Assembly (NCBI RefSeq): GCF_006345805.1
Contig: NC_042997.1
Coordinates: 14,322,001 to 14,386,000 of the forward strand
Direction of reading: 5' to 3'
DNA: 64,000 bases
Origin: Octopus sinensis
Taxonomy: Eukaryota
The first letter of the stretch is position 1. Every line of letters starts with the position of its first letter. The position numbers were made by a program, and so were the translations under genes. This document shows, one piece after another, positions 1 to 12,720 of the stretch. The notes under the pieces are model-generated. The model made no database searches. It saw only the letters and a program-made list of their open reading frames with translations, and had not been told where the DNA came from.

Positions 1-265
1 AAAAATTAAGTACCAATTACGCACTGGGGTCGATGTAATCGACTTAATCCCTTTGTCTGTCCTTGTTTGTCCCCTCTGTGTTTAGCCCCTTGTGGGTAGT
101 AAAGAAATAGGTATTTCGTCCGTTTTTACGTTCTGAGTTCAAATTCCGCCGAGGTCGACTTTGCTTTCATCCTTTCAGGGCGATGGGCGGGGTCGATAAA
201 TTAAGTACCAGTTGCGTACTGGGGCAGATCTAATCGACTGGTCCCTTGTGGGTAGTAAAGAAATA
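1..265 (+). mobile_element. SINE family B, two tandem partial copies
   Basis: B-box GAGTTCAAATTCC, central GAGGTCGACTTTGC(C)TTTCATCCTTTC..GGGTCGATAAATTAAGTACC, tail CCCCTTGTGGGTAGTAAAGAAATA; same consensus recurs more than 15 times. Confidence 0.85.
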
Positions 266-291
266 TATATAAGATGGCTGTATTCATACAC

Positions 292-400
292 TTACATACA
301 TACATACATACAAACATACATACATACATACATACATACATACATACATACATACATACATACATACATACATACATACATACATACATACATACATACA
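292..400. repeat. (TACA)n microsatellite
   Basis: direct reading. Confidence 0.98.
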
Positions 401-730
401 GAGACGTTGGCATAAAGGACTATTCACTCTCCTGAATAATGAATATTAAGCCTATTAATTTTGGGGGAAAAGAAAAGGTTGAAAAAGTCGTAGCAGTAAT
501 CAGACAGTGAAATACATACCACGTAGGAATTTACATTATATATATACCATGGCGGCGAAAGAATCTGGAGTCAGCCACTGCAGATCGCTCAACTATCGAG
601 AAAAATTCCAGTGAACTTTTGATCTGAACCAAGTTCAGATACCAGTTCTATAGAAAGTTCAGATACCAGTTCTATAAAAAGGCTAAAGAAAATCTCTAGC
701 TAAGCTACATGAATTGACTTAAAAGTATTA

Positions 731-901
731 GGCGCAGGAGTGGCTGTGTGGTAAGTAGCTTGCTAACCAACCACATGGTTCCGAGTTCAGTCCCACTGCG
801 TGACATCTTGGGCAAGTGTCTTCTGCTATAGCCCCGGGCCGACCAATGCCTTGTGATTGGATTTGGTAGACGGAAACTGAAAGAAGCCTGTCGTATATAT
901 G

Positions 902-958
<57 letters not shown>

Positions 959-968
959 ATATAATATA

Positions 969-1006
<38 letters not shown>

Positions 1007-1222
1007 TTGTGTGTCCGTGTTTGTCCCCCTAGCATTGCTTGACGACCGATGCTGGTGTGTTTACGTCCCCGTCACTTAGCGGTTCGGCAAAAGAGACCGA
1101 TAGAATAAGTACTGGACTTACAAAGAATAAGTCCCGGGGTCGATTTGCTCGACTAAAGGCGGTGCTCCAGCATGGCCGCAGTCAAATGACTGAAACAAGT
1201 AAAAGAGTAAAAAAGAGTAAAG
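731..1222 (+). mobile_element. SINE family A, full length, with internal (TA)n/(TG)n
   Basis: A-box TGGCTGTGTGG, B-box GTTCAGTCCC, CTTGGGCAAGTGTCTT, internal microsatellite, tail TGACTGAAACAAGTAAAAGAGTAAAA; more than 20 related copies. Confidence 0.9.
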
Positions 1223-1229
1223 AGGATAA

Positions 1230-1650
1230 GAAATACCCAACATTCTCAAACTTTCGAAAGGAACAGTTACGCCAGCAAGTTCCCACAAACAGACTTTGAA
1301 CAAGAAAGAAACATGAACGTAGAAAACAATAACAAACAGCCTACAACTTTACACAAAAACTTAGAAATACTAGGTTTTTCGAAGAAAGAGCAAAAAGAAA
1401 CTGACACATATTCTCCAAATGCAATCTATTAGCGGTGCAGTGGAGATTTGTAGCACATTCCAAAGATTCTTCAGCCGAGATTTTTTAGATGCACACATTT
1501 GGGTGTGTACACCGATTGCCTAACCAGCACAACAACTCAACCACGTATTTACAAACACCGGGAACTCTCTTAATTCAAAAGGGTCTTGTTTTATTTGCGA
1601 CCGGCTTGAACTCACTTGAGAAAAACTTAAATAAAACTCAAAGGGAAAAA
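1230..1650 (+). mobile_element. 3' end of a REL-endonuclease non-LTR retrotransposon (decayed)
   Basis: frameshifted NLEILGFSKKEQ/KLTHILQMQSISGAVEICSTFQRF, typical of the C-terminus of REL-type LINE ORFs; runs into (ACAT)n. Confidence 0.6.
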
Positions 1651-1857
1651 CATACATACAAACATACATTTATACATACACACACACCTACATGCATACA
1701 TACATATATACATACATACATACATACATACACACATATTCATACATACACACACATACATACATACACACATACATACATACATACATACATACATACA
1801 TACATACATACATACATTTATACACACATACATAAATACATACATACATGCATACAC

Positions 1858-1890
<33 letters not shown>

Positions 1891-2139
1891 CATACATACA
1901 TACATACATACATACATACATAAATACATACATACATACATACATACACACATACATACATTTATACACACATACATAAATACATACATACATGCATACA
2001 TACATACATACATACATACATACATACATACATACATGCATACATACATGCATACATACATACATGCATACATACATACATACATACATACATGCATGCA
2101 TGCATACATACATACATACTACATACATACATACATACA

Positions 2140-2173
<34 letters not shown>

Positions 2174-2187
2174 CATACATACATACA
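1651..2187. repeat. (ACAT)n compound microsatellite
   Basis: direct reading; source of the HTYI/MYVC pseudo-ORFs. Confidence 0.98.
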
Positions 2188-2351
2188 TGATTGAGGTCAG
2201 CTGTCCTGCTGATGTGAATATTTCTTTGAAAATCAAAGAGAAAGTAGATAACTATGAACAACTTCTTCGAAACCTCCAGCTTCTATATCCGGATTGCAAA
2301 TTTACATTTATTCCAATAATAATTGAAGCACTTAGTCTTGTAAATAAATGA
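2188..2351 (+). mobile_element. REL endonuclease fragment of a non-LTR retrotransposon
   Basis: IEVSCPADVNISLKIKEKVDNYEQLLRNLQLLYPDCKFTFIPIIIEAL matches the E-x-S-x-P...K..KY..L...IPIIIGALG pattern. Confidence 0.75.
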
Positions 2352-2354
2352 CTA

Positions 2355-3140
2355 GCTCTCCTAGAGAAGATAAATTGGCCTGTATGCAGACAAATATTAT
2401 CATTTTCATGTTTTTATTCAGTAGAGGCGGTTTAGCCATTAATATTTTCAGGCGCTCTGTTAAACAGAGATCGCACCGCTTACTAGTAGTAGTGTTATAA
2501 GATGAGGTGGTTGCTAGGATGCGCCACTTTAAACTATAATTAACTTTTATCCTTTAATTCCCAGATGTAGCTACTAAGTCTGTAGAGTTTGTTTTACTTC
2601 TAATTCGAAAGCTAGATTGGTGTGAGTTGTATCTCAGTATTATTTGTTTTTTGTTTCTTGTTTTTTTTTTGTGGCCCCGATATACGATTTCGTATGGTTA
2701 TTTGTGAGTACGTCGCATTGGTATACTACATTTTTTGTTTTACACCTATTAGGGAACTGGCACTTATTTCTGTCGCTGCAGTCACATAAATTATTCTGTC
2801 TATCTGTGCTACTGTTGTGTCTTTAGGGGGGGCTATTCTTATTAGGGTCGTTGTCCATGTTACTTGAAGGCGCATCTTTAGAGGTAGGACTTCTATTTGC
2901 TGGTTGGCTGTTCTGTTTTATGTTGCTGCTTTTTCCTGGTTTCATAGAAGGTGTCGAATTTATTATTATTTATCGAGGCTTTGGTAGTAGCAAAGTTATT
3001 AGTCAGGCTATGGCCTACTCTGATTTTATTCTTAAATATTGCTGCATATTTATTATTTACCTTCAAATGTTTATCTATGAGTCTCATTATGGAGCGAACT
3101 ATGATCGGTTTGAGTTGCATGGCGAAGGGGAACTATAAGC
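2355..3140 (-). mobile_element. Penelope-like element remnant (post-RT region plus GIY-YIG endonuclease)
   Basis: RLIDKHLKVNNKYAAIFKNKIRVGHSLTNN (ORF 2893-3120), then across frameshifts CDCSDRNKC..RCKTKNVVYQCDV..KSYIGAT..RYNSHQSSF..YIWELKD..LKWRIL..KRCDLCLTERLKIL..LLNK. Confidence 0.85.
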
Positions 3141-3147
3141 CAGATCT

Positions 3148-3179
<32 letters not shown>

Positions 3180-3583
3180 GTTTATTGTTACTATTGTTAT
3201 TTTTGGTATAGAAGCTTCCCTCAGTGTTCGTATAGTGCGTGAAGTCACAGTTATGGTTATCGTATTATTTTCTATAGTTGTATTTATCATTATAGTTGTC
3301 CGTGCCAGTTTTATTGGGGTTATGTCTATACGGTTTATGTGAATAGCAATTCAGTGAAGGAGAAGTAGTGAGAGTAATAGCCCTGACGTTGAGAGAGTGA
3401 GAGAAAGTAATAGCAATGAGAGAAAGGAAAAGACGATTGATGAATAAGGAAGGCAAGGGTGAAAAACAAATCAGCGTTTCAACTTTGTGTGAGCATATGT
3501 GTGTGTGTGAGTGCATGTACAAAGGAAGAATGTGAATGTTTGATGTTAGATTATTATGTACCTTATTTTGTACATTATATATA

Positions 3584-3860
3584 TCTTTATATATAAAAGT
3601 GAGGTTGTATGCTGTCTGTCTCCTACGATTTAGATTCCTAACTACTCCCACATTACCATCAATTTTTCCCATTTTTGGCATATATAAGGGAAGTAACTCT
3701 CTAAAAATTTATTATTAAATCTCAGAACGTAAAAAGCTACAGTAACACCCCCCCCCTTGTGGTTAGCCATATTGAGATGGCTATTATACTTTACATCTCT
3801 AAAAATGCTTATATAATTATTTCCCTTACAAACCCGAGCAACGCCGGGCGATACTGCTAG
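3584..3860 (+). mobile_element. Non-autonomous Helitron
   Basis: A|TC start, 3' hairpin CCCGAGCAACGCCGGG then CTAG|T; AT target inside a TA run; sister copy at 16694-17088. Confidence 0.85.
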
Positions 3861-4044
3861 TATATATATAAAATACTACAATTAGCCGTTATTTTTGACG
3901 GCACGTGGTCAATTAGTAATTAAATAAAATCATGACATAAGATAAAACTGATTTTGTACTTATATTACACACTTTGTAAGTGAATGTCGAATGTTATACA
4001 AAAAACCTTAGGTCCTTTTATGTCATTTTTTAATCAGATGCCAA

Positions 4045-4430
4045 TATTGGTTTCAAGTTTTGGCACAAGTCTAGCATTTTGTGGGGAGGGATCCATCGAC
4101 CCCAGTGTTCAACTTCTGCTTAAGCAAAGTGATACCAGCAGAATTTGAATTTAGAACGTAAAGATGGATGAAATGCCGCTAAGCATTTTTGTCCGGCATA
4201 ATAACGATTCTGACAGCTTGCAACCTTAAAAAAATAATCCACTGCTACCATATGATATTTTTTTTTAGGTGACGAGCTGGCAGAATCGTTAGCATGGAGG
4301 GCAAAGTACTTAGTGGCGTGTCGCCCATCTTTACATTTTGAGTTTAAATTCTGCCGAGGTCGACAATGTAATCGATCGATCCTTCTTCCAAAACTGCTAG
4401 CTTTGTACCAAAATTTGAAAGCAACATTAC
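4045..4430. mobile_element. Two diverged SINE B-related copies (minus 4045-4240, plus 4270-4430)
   Basis: GAGCTGGCAGAATCGTTAGCA head and GAGTTTAAATTCTGCCGAGGTCGAC on opposite strands. Confidence 0.7.
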
Positions 4431-4964
4431 AAGCCATTGTATTATGTCTTTCAGTAAATACTCCTGTAACACAACCAAACTGCTTGTTCTACTGTGAAAT
4501 TCTTCACTGAAGTAATTATTTTATGTTCTGAAGTCAAAACTTTCCTGACTGAAACTGAACATATTGCTGTCGTAGTTGTTGTTGTTGAGTCCCAATTCTG
4601 TCGTGATTCGACAAGATTATAAAGAAAAGTTTCCAACCATGGCCAAACCTTTTTTTCTGCAGGAATTGAATACTAGAGATTACATTGCCTTATGTATTAA
4701 AAATCATTTGGTTGTTATTACAACTATGTCAAGCAATAAAGCGGACACTTCTCATCAGCTCAAAATATAACATGTCATAGTAACAGGAACTATCATACTA
4801 GTACGTATCTAAGCTGCAGATTCCGTAATGTAACGTGGCCAGTTGAGTATTTCATATATCTTCAGTAATATTACACATGCTGGAAAGATTCCAGGAATTT
4901 GACGTGCTATAAATATGTTGCAAACGCGTGATTCACATACACTTACATACAGATGAACAGACAG

Positions 4965-4966
4965 AC

Positions 4967-5031
<65 letters not shown>

Positions 5032-5049
5032 TGTAGGTAGGTAGGTAGG

Positions 5050-5132
<83 letters not shown>
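4965..5132. repeat. (TAGA)n microsatellite
   Basis: direct reading. Confidence 0.98.
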
Positions 5133-5133
<1 letters not shown>

Positions 5134-5317
5134 AAAACTTGGACCATGCTGTGGAACCGCCTTGAAGGGGGTTAGGTGAACAAATTGTCCCTAGTATTTA
5201 TCTCCCTTTTTAAGTCTCGCGCTTATTCTTTCCCTTTGTTTTGTCGAACAGCTAAATTACGGAGATATAAACAAACCAACACCGATTGTCAAGTGGCAGG
5301 GTGACAAATACAAAGAC

Positions 5318-5366
<49 letters not shown>

Positions 5367-6681
5367 TTGAAATATTTATGTAACGGAATGCACTCCTTGT
5401 GTCTTCTACCCATTTGTAAAAATATTCTTCGAATATTTTTGGGCGATACTCATGACTCTCTCTCTTTCCTTTTCTTTGACTCACTTTTTTTGCCTTCTCC
5501 TCTCTCTCTCTCTTTCTTTCTCTCCCTAATACACTCCTTCATTTCTTCTCTCCCTCTGCCTACCACGACTCTCTTTCTCTCACCTCCCACTATCCCGTGA
5601 TCCATGGCTATTTAAACCCTTCTCATTCTTTTTCCTTCGGCCACCGACTTGGCCAGTCACGCTTCTTGGTACTGTACTCCGTCACGTTTTCCTCCACGAT
5701 TTATTTCTTCCTAACTTCTGCCCTTCCTGTGTCTTCAGTACTTTCGGATTTTCATTTCCTTTTGCGTTACCCACATTCGGACTCTCTGACAGCCGTTGGG
5801 CGTTTTTTTTTGTATTTTTTGTTGTATTGATATAATTATTCTAATTCTTTTAGTTTGTCTTGTTTGTTTTCCTTAGTTATTCCCAACGGCTATTTTTTTA
5901 TTTCGCACTGGCGCCTCCAACAAAGAAGTAGTCTCAACGATAACGGCGCGAAACAACTATGATCTCTTGTACTGACTGATGAGGAATTAGCTATGAGCTT
6001 TCCGTGTGTTTTGTTTTGTCAAATTTTCCGTGTTTTTGTTAAATTTTCCAGTTGTTTTGTTTTATTTTTAAAAACCTTTGAAATATATATGTATGTGTGT
6101 GTATGTGTGTGTGTGTGTGTGTGTGTGTTTACAAACATGCATTTATACAAAACGGGCTTTAACACAGTTTCTTTCTACCAAATTCCCTCACAAATCATAC
6201 GTCGGCCCGGGGCAATAGAGTAAGACATTTACACAAAGTGGTACTTAATGGATCTGAACCCGAAACTTTATTGTTCAGACTCTTGCCTGTGCCTAAACAG
6301 TGTGTGTCTGTGTGTGTGTCTGTGTCTGTATGTGTGTATGAATAGCAAAATAAGTCCTACACCACACACACACCCCCATCCCCATACAACTACCATTCCT
6401 TCCTCTATTTCCATCATACCCCCTCCTCCTCTCCACTAAATACAGACAGGAATACCTACATAACTCGCTTAACCTTTATACTGGTAAAAAGGGATAAACA
6501 TCCCTCTGTTTTACATCCACTAATGTTATATCGCCTGAAGAAATGAATCCATGAAGATGATCAACCCAATAGCCACGGATACTATGGAGTACACAGTAAT
6601 CATCCCAGGAATATGAAGAGACATGTGATTTGTGGAAACACGCGTAGCATTGCATTAAACGTTTATAAATTCCATCCAAAG

Positions 6682-6730
<49 letters not shown>

Positions 6731-6743
6731 GATTATTATTATT

Positions 6744-7291
6744 GAGTGAGAGAGCAGTTCATGCCATCAAAGTGACACTGGGGTAAAATATACGAAGCCC
6801 AATATACCCATCATGACTACCCGTCTGATAAGGGTACACCAGGCACATGCATCACAACCATATGTGCGCGACATGGTGATCTCATATCAAGATAAACAGC
6901 ACATGACCTTGCAGGTGGGGCCCAGTTAGAATTTTCTTCAGGTTGAGTAGCCCATCCTGCTCAAAAGGTCTCTGAATAAGGGTTTAAGGATGTTTAAAGA
7001 ACCACCCATGTTTCCAGAGGTGAATTATTCAAACCCCACAGAATTCCTCTCAACACATGGCTATGATGCTCCTCCACTACTTCTGCTCGTGATCAGAGAT
7101 GCTCATATCGTCAGCCACTAAGGGACATGCTCAACTGGTTAAGGTCAAACAACTGACATGCAAATCTGTGGTATTGAGCAGAATATTTGCCGTAGCCCAT
7201 CTTTTATACCAAGACAAAACAATGTACATGATGACACTTCCAATCAGTTAAGATCAGAAGCCATGAGAGCCACTGCCTGGTACTGCATCAG
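6744..7291 (-). mobile_element. ~550-bp non-coding interspersed element embedded in a (TTA)n array
   Basis: flanked by (TTA)n at 6684-6743 and 7292-7385; its 7146-7290 part recurs inverted at 41820-41960. Confidence 0.7.
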
Positions 7292-7304
7292 ATTATTATT
7301 ATTA

Positions 7305-7336
<32 letters not shown>

Positions 7337-7550
7337 TATTATTATTATTATTATTATTATCATCATTATTATTATTATTATATTTATCCTGCATTATATC
7401 GTTACAGCTCAATACAACCCCCCCCACACACAACACACAAAAGAACTGGTTCATCAGTCAGCATCATTAGACTGTGGCCAGCATAATAGAATACGAACTT
7501 TATTTGCATATTCAAAGCGTTTTCCATCATCAAATTTTAAAATATATATA

Positions 7551-7749
7551 CAGGTGTGGCTGTGTGGTAAGACGCTTGCTTTCCAACCACATGGTTCTGG
7601 GTTCAGTCCCACCGCGTGGCACCTTGAGTGTCTTCTAATATAGCCTCGGGCCGACAAAAGCCTTGTGAGTGAATTTGTTAGACGGAAACTGAAAGTAGCC
7701 CGCGTACATATATATATATATGTGTATATATATATGTGTGTGTGTGTGT

Positions 7750-7795
<46 letters not shown>
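7551..7795 (+). mobile_element. SINE A 5' half ending in microsatellite
   Basis: family A head through GAAACTGAAAG, then (TA)/(TG). Confidence 0.85.
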
Positions 7796-8486
7796 ATTGA
7801 ACTGATATTTTTCTCCCTTTTTTTTCTTCCACTTTTTCTCCTTTTTTCTTTCTTCGTCTTTTTCTCCTTTTTTTTCTTTCTTCACTCATGTTTATGCTTT
7901 CTTCGGTTTGGGATTTGTATTTTAATGTGGTTTTGTATTATATATGTATCATGTACATATGTGTTATATATGTAATAAAATAAAAACAACAATGAAACGA
8001 TTATTTGCTGCTTTGTATATTTTATTTTTAATCTTTTTTTCTTTTACATTTCCTCTTGGAATTTTGCCAACGCTTTGTTTAAAAAAATTTGTTTCAATTA
8101 ATAAAAAATGTCACTGTTCCTCCATAATGTAAATGTCAGGTCAAATTGTACTTTGAGATTAGAGGGGAGATGATTTCAACGATCAACGAGCAGGCAATTA
8201 AGAGGTTGTATCTACTTAAACGATGTCGAAAGGCCAAGGTAAAACAGAGGCTGCCTGCCATTCACAAGAAAGATTAAGATGTGATGTAAGCACCATGATC
8301 TTTTGCTGAGACTCGAATTACTTTTTGTAGAATATGAAATATTAAAGAGTGGAGAAAAGAGACGTACTAACATTTTCCTACGAAAGAGGTTTTCGTACGA
8401 ATAGCCAGAAAAATTAATAGCCTGTTTCTATTAGGCTTCCAGAATCTACCAAACAGGTTTCTTGGAGAACAGTAATTTCTATTCGT

Positions 8487-8809
8487 GAGGGCGCGTGGCT
8501 TAGTGGTTAGGGCATTCGGCTCATGATCGTAAGGTTGTGAGTTCGATTCCCAGCGACGCGTTGTGTCCCTGAGCAAGACACTTTATTTCACGTTGCTCCA
8601 GTCCACTCAGCTGGCAAAAATGAGTTGTACTTGTATTTCAAAGGGTCAGCCTTGTCACTCTCTGTGTCACGCTGATTTTCCCCGAGAACTACGTTAAGGG
8701 TACACGTGTCTGTGGAATGCTCAGCCATTTGCACGTTAATTTCACGAGCAAGCTGTTCCGTTGATCGTATCAGCTGGGACCCTCGTCGTCGTAACCGGCG
8801 GAGTCTTTT
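8487..8809 (+). mobile_element. SINE family C, full length, 14-bp TSD
   Basis: tRNA-like head (TGGCTTAGTGG, GAGTTCGATTCC), CORE-like GTGTCCCTGAGCAAGACACTT; TSD TAATTTCTATTCGT at 8473-8486 and 8810-8823. Confidence 0.92.
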
Positions 8810-8837
8810 TAATTTCTATTCGTATGCAGAAGAACTA

Positions 8838-9047
8838 TTGGGTTGTCCTGTCCAGAAATTTCGTGCCGATTTTTAAAGGAAAGGAAAAGGTCAATAAATA
8901 CTTGCCATTACATTTTTAATCAACCAAATATGAACCATTTTATTGCACAATGCATCTCCATCATTCCTTTAACTTGAAAATACCTTCTTCCCAGAATTGA
9001 GGTGGTTTCATGGCAAAGAATTCATCAAGGTATCTTTTTACGTGATC
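8838..9047 (-). mobile_element. Mariner MITE fragment (3' end and TIR)
   Basis: reverse complement of the right end of 30232-30797. Confidence 0.85.
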
Positions 9048-9130
9048 CAAGGAATTGAAACTTTTACCATTAAGACTATTCTGTAGAGACCTGAATAGGT
9101 CTTATTCAGGTATTTGGTTTCTCGTGAGGC

Positions 9131-9306
9131 AACTGGCGTTGGTGTGTTTACTTCTCCATAACCGAGCGGTTCGGCAAAATAGACCTCTAGAATATGTCCC
9201 AGGCTAAGCAAAATTAAGTACTGGGGTCGATTCATTCGACTAAAAATTCTTCAAAGGCGATGATCCAGCATGGCCACAGTCGAATGACAAGTAAAAGATT
9301 AAAGAA
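9131..9306 (+). mobile_element. SINE A 3' half (diverged)
   Basis: GGTGTGTTTAC..AGCGGTTCGGCAAAA..CAGCATGGCCACAGTC. Confidence 0.75.
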
Positions 9307-9309
9307 TAT

Positions 9310-9387
9310 ATATATTTATATCTATATACACACACACACATATATATATATAGATATATAGATACACACACATATATTTATATATAC

Positions 9388-9430
<43 letters not shown>

Positions 9431-9509
9431 TATATATTAATATATCTTTTATCTTACATTTGCTTCAGTTATTAGAATGCGGTCATACTGGGGCACATAT
9501 ATGTATATG

Positions 9510-9551
<42 letters not shown>

Positions 9552-9568
9552 TATATAGTATATGTATA

Positions 9569-9607
<39 letters not shown>

Positions 9608-9635
9608 TATATATATATATAGTATATATATTATA

Positions 9636-9680
<45 letters not shown>

Positions 9681-9734
9681 GATATATAATAGATATATAT
9701 TATATATCTATAGATATAAATACTATATATACTA

Positions 9735-9774
<40 letters not shown>

Positions 9775-9801
9775 CATAATATATACATATATATATATAT
9801 A

Positions 9802-9834
<33 letters not shown>

Positions 9835-9850
9835 GATATATATATACTAG

Positions 9851-9887
<37 letters not shown>

Positions 9888-10072
9888 ATGTATATATATA
9901 GGTATATATAATATATATATATATATGATATATATATATGTATATATTTATGTATATATATAGTATATATATATATATTAATATATAATATATATATAGT
10001 ATATATATATATAGATAGATAATATTATATATATCTATATATAGATAGTTACATATCTATATACATTATATA

Positions 10073-10113
<41 letters not shown>

Positions 10114-10400
10114 TATATACATATATATCATATATATATATATATTATATATACATATATATATCTACAAGTAATATATATATATATATTATATATATAG
10201 ATATATATAGATATAGATCTAGTATATATTATATATATATTATTACATTACAATACATATATGTGCCCCAGTATGACCGCATTCTAAAACTGAAGCAAAT
10301 GTAAGATAAAAGAATATTATATATATATATATATTAATATATATTATATATATATATATGTATATATAAATATGTGTGGTTATATATATATATATAAGTA
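9310..10400. repeat. Degenerate (TA)n array with inverted flanks
   Basis: direct reading; 9443-9500 is the reverse complement of 10254-10312. Confidence 0.9.
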
Positions 10401-10925
10401 TAATTATAAAATAATTATAATAAGGGCGCTGAAACTACAACGCCCGTACGCTAAAAATATACCCCCAAATGGTCTACAAACCACTTAAGTTATTATTCCA
10501 TTACCACAAGGCTGTATGCGAGGAAAATGGACAAAAAGGATTTATAAAATATTGTGGACAACACTATATCTTAAGATTTCATGGCTTACGCTGTTAAAAT
10601 TGTTTTCCACTCAACAGTAGGGTAAACCAATCGTAAATAAATGAGAAATACATATACATACCATGGATATACAATTATACGAGCATATACATGCATTTCA
10701 CACATATATACGAAGCAAAAACCCGAGCAGCGTCGTTTCAACCATGTGGTTAATTACTCAGAGTAATTCTGTAGCAAATATGTTTGAGGAGTGAATTAAT
10801 TATATATTTATACATAATTAGGAAAAAGTCATTATTTAATGATTTATCAGTGGGCAGCGTACCAACAAGACCTTAATGGTTAATTTATATTTAGGTATAC
10901 TTATAAAACACACATAAATATAATA

Positions 10926-10926
10926 A

Positions 10927-10963
<37 letters not shown>

Positions 10964-10979
10964 GGTGGTGGTGGTGGTG

Positions 10980-11030
<51 letters not shown>

Positions 11031-11035
11031 GTAGG
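10926..11035. repeat. (TAG)n/(TGG)n microsatellite
   Basis: direct reading. Confidence 0.95.
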
Positions 11036-11105
11036 GAATATAATTCCAAAACTTACAGCGAAAGATTCAATTCAGCAATTCTAAATCAAATTTCACAATA
11101 TATAA

Positions 11106-11451
11106 TATATGTATAAAATTTAGAGAAAAATCTGTATTAAACAATTCAATAGTGAAAGACGTTATTCACACCATATAGAAAAGGTTAAATATACTATAGA
11201 AAACTTTATTCTAAAAATAGAGTACATAAACAGTAAATAGTAAATAGACTACGCGGATTTCGTGGCTATATTTTCAAATAGATAATAATGATAAAATCAA
11301 TTCGATTAAAACTACTACTATTTATTGTTTATGTACTCTATTTTTAGAATAATGTTTTCTATGGTATATTAAAAGTTTTCTATATGGTGTGAATGACGTC
11401 TTTCACTATTGAATTGCTTAACAGAAATTTTTTCTCTAAATTTTACATATA
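11106..11451. mobile_element. AT-rich fold-back / MITE-like element
   Basis: ~135-bp inverted arms (11106-11243, 11315-11451), ~70-bp spacer. Confidence 0.7.
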
Positions 11452-12720
11452 TATACACACCTCAAAATTAAAGTATTTCTAAATTTATTGTAAAATATAT
11501 TTTTAGATCTTCCACTTCACTTACAGATTAAATTAGCAGAATACGTGTTCGCTGGACTATTGTAATTTGCTTCAGTCTATTTTATCTTATTAATTCATTT
11601 TGTTCCCCAATCCCGGAAATTCCAGTTTTTCAACATTATTATTTAAACACCATATCATATTTAGAAATATGATATAGTGCGTTAATGATTAATGTAATGT
11701 GTTAATGTAAATTTATGATTTAGGGCAGATGTTACAAGTGATCATAAATATTCTCATTCGCACAAGATCATGAATCAAATGGGTGCATCCGTTAAGCAAC
11801 CACTTCACTCACGAACAGCTGTATTAGGTTTGTTATACTGGTAGTTAAAGAAGCTTCAACCGCTCGTCTGTACGTTCCGACAAAAGTAATGTTGATAGTA
11901 TAAATATCAATATTATTTTATAATATTTATAATCGTAGCAGAATAGTCCCCCGTCTGTAGACGCCATGGTAATATTATTTTGGCAACAACGTTATGCCCC
12001 TGAGAAGGGTAATATTTTGACGACGAATCACAAGTGTAATATTTTCAATGGTTATGTGACATCATTGGCATGTTCTGCTACATTTTCGGGCTGTTAATGG
12101 TCAGCATGCAATTTGTAACTATCTCTTGCTAGAGTTGCAATACAAGACCAAGAGTTGCTACATAGGAGATACCTGTTGTGTGAGAGCAGCAGTACTCTTT
12201 GGTAAATTTTCGGGAAACATGCCAATGCAAAACTTTTTATAGGTATGAAGGCTGTTTCTTCTCCAACTGTTTGTTAAGTTACATTCATTCGACAATTTTG
12301 TAGTTGCATGGGGCATCTTGAAGAACTGAGATCTTGAGGAATTCACTCCCGACTCACAACGTTTGCTTCACTCTTTAGTATTTGGTTGATTTCCGTGCAG
12401 CTGCCAAAGGTGTCACCTAAGTGATATTATATGACACCGAAAGGCTGTTTGGAATGATTCTAAGCCAATTCTTCGGTGTTTTCTTTCAGTTTGGGTTCTT
12501 TTTTATGTAGATTCTTGCGAATTTCCGCAATAGTCCAATAAACATCATAATTATTTGCATCGGTAGTAATTCTACAATAACAATCATGGATATTGTATTG
12601 TAAGAGAACAGTTACTACAGCCGCGCTGTCACCGTTTCTGAAGTTTCTTTATTTTTATTGCAGACTGCACAGCTTTGTAAGTTGCTCAGCACATCCCAAC
12701 ACTGCTTTCCTTCTACTTAC

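Noticed and set aside
5945-5990. GAAAC...CTGATGAG as a type II hammerhead
   Set aside because: Stem I would be only 4 nt in total and stem II does not pair.
8487-8560. tRNA-like heads of SINE C/D (also 23788, 50658) as tRNA genes
   Set aside because: No proper acceptor stem; they continue into SINE bodies bounded by TSDs.
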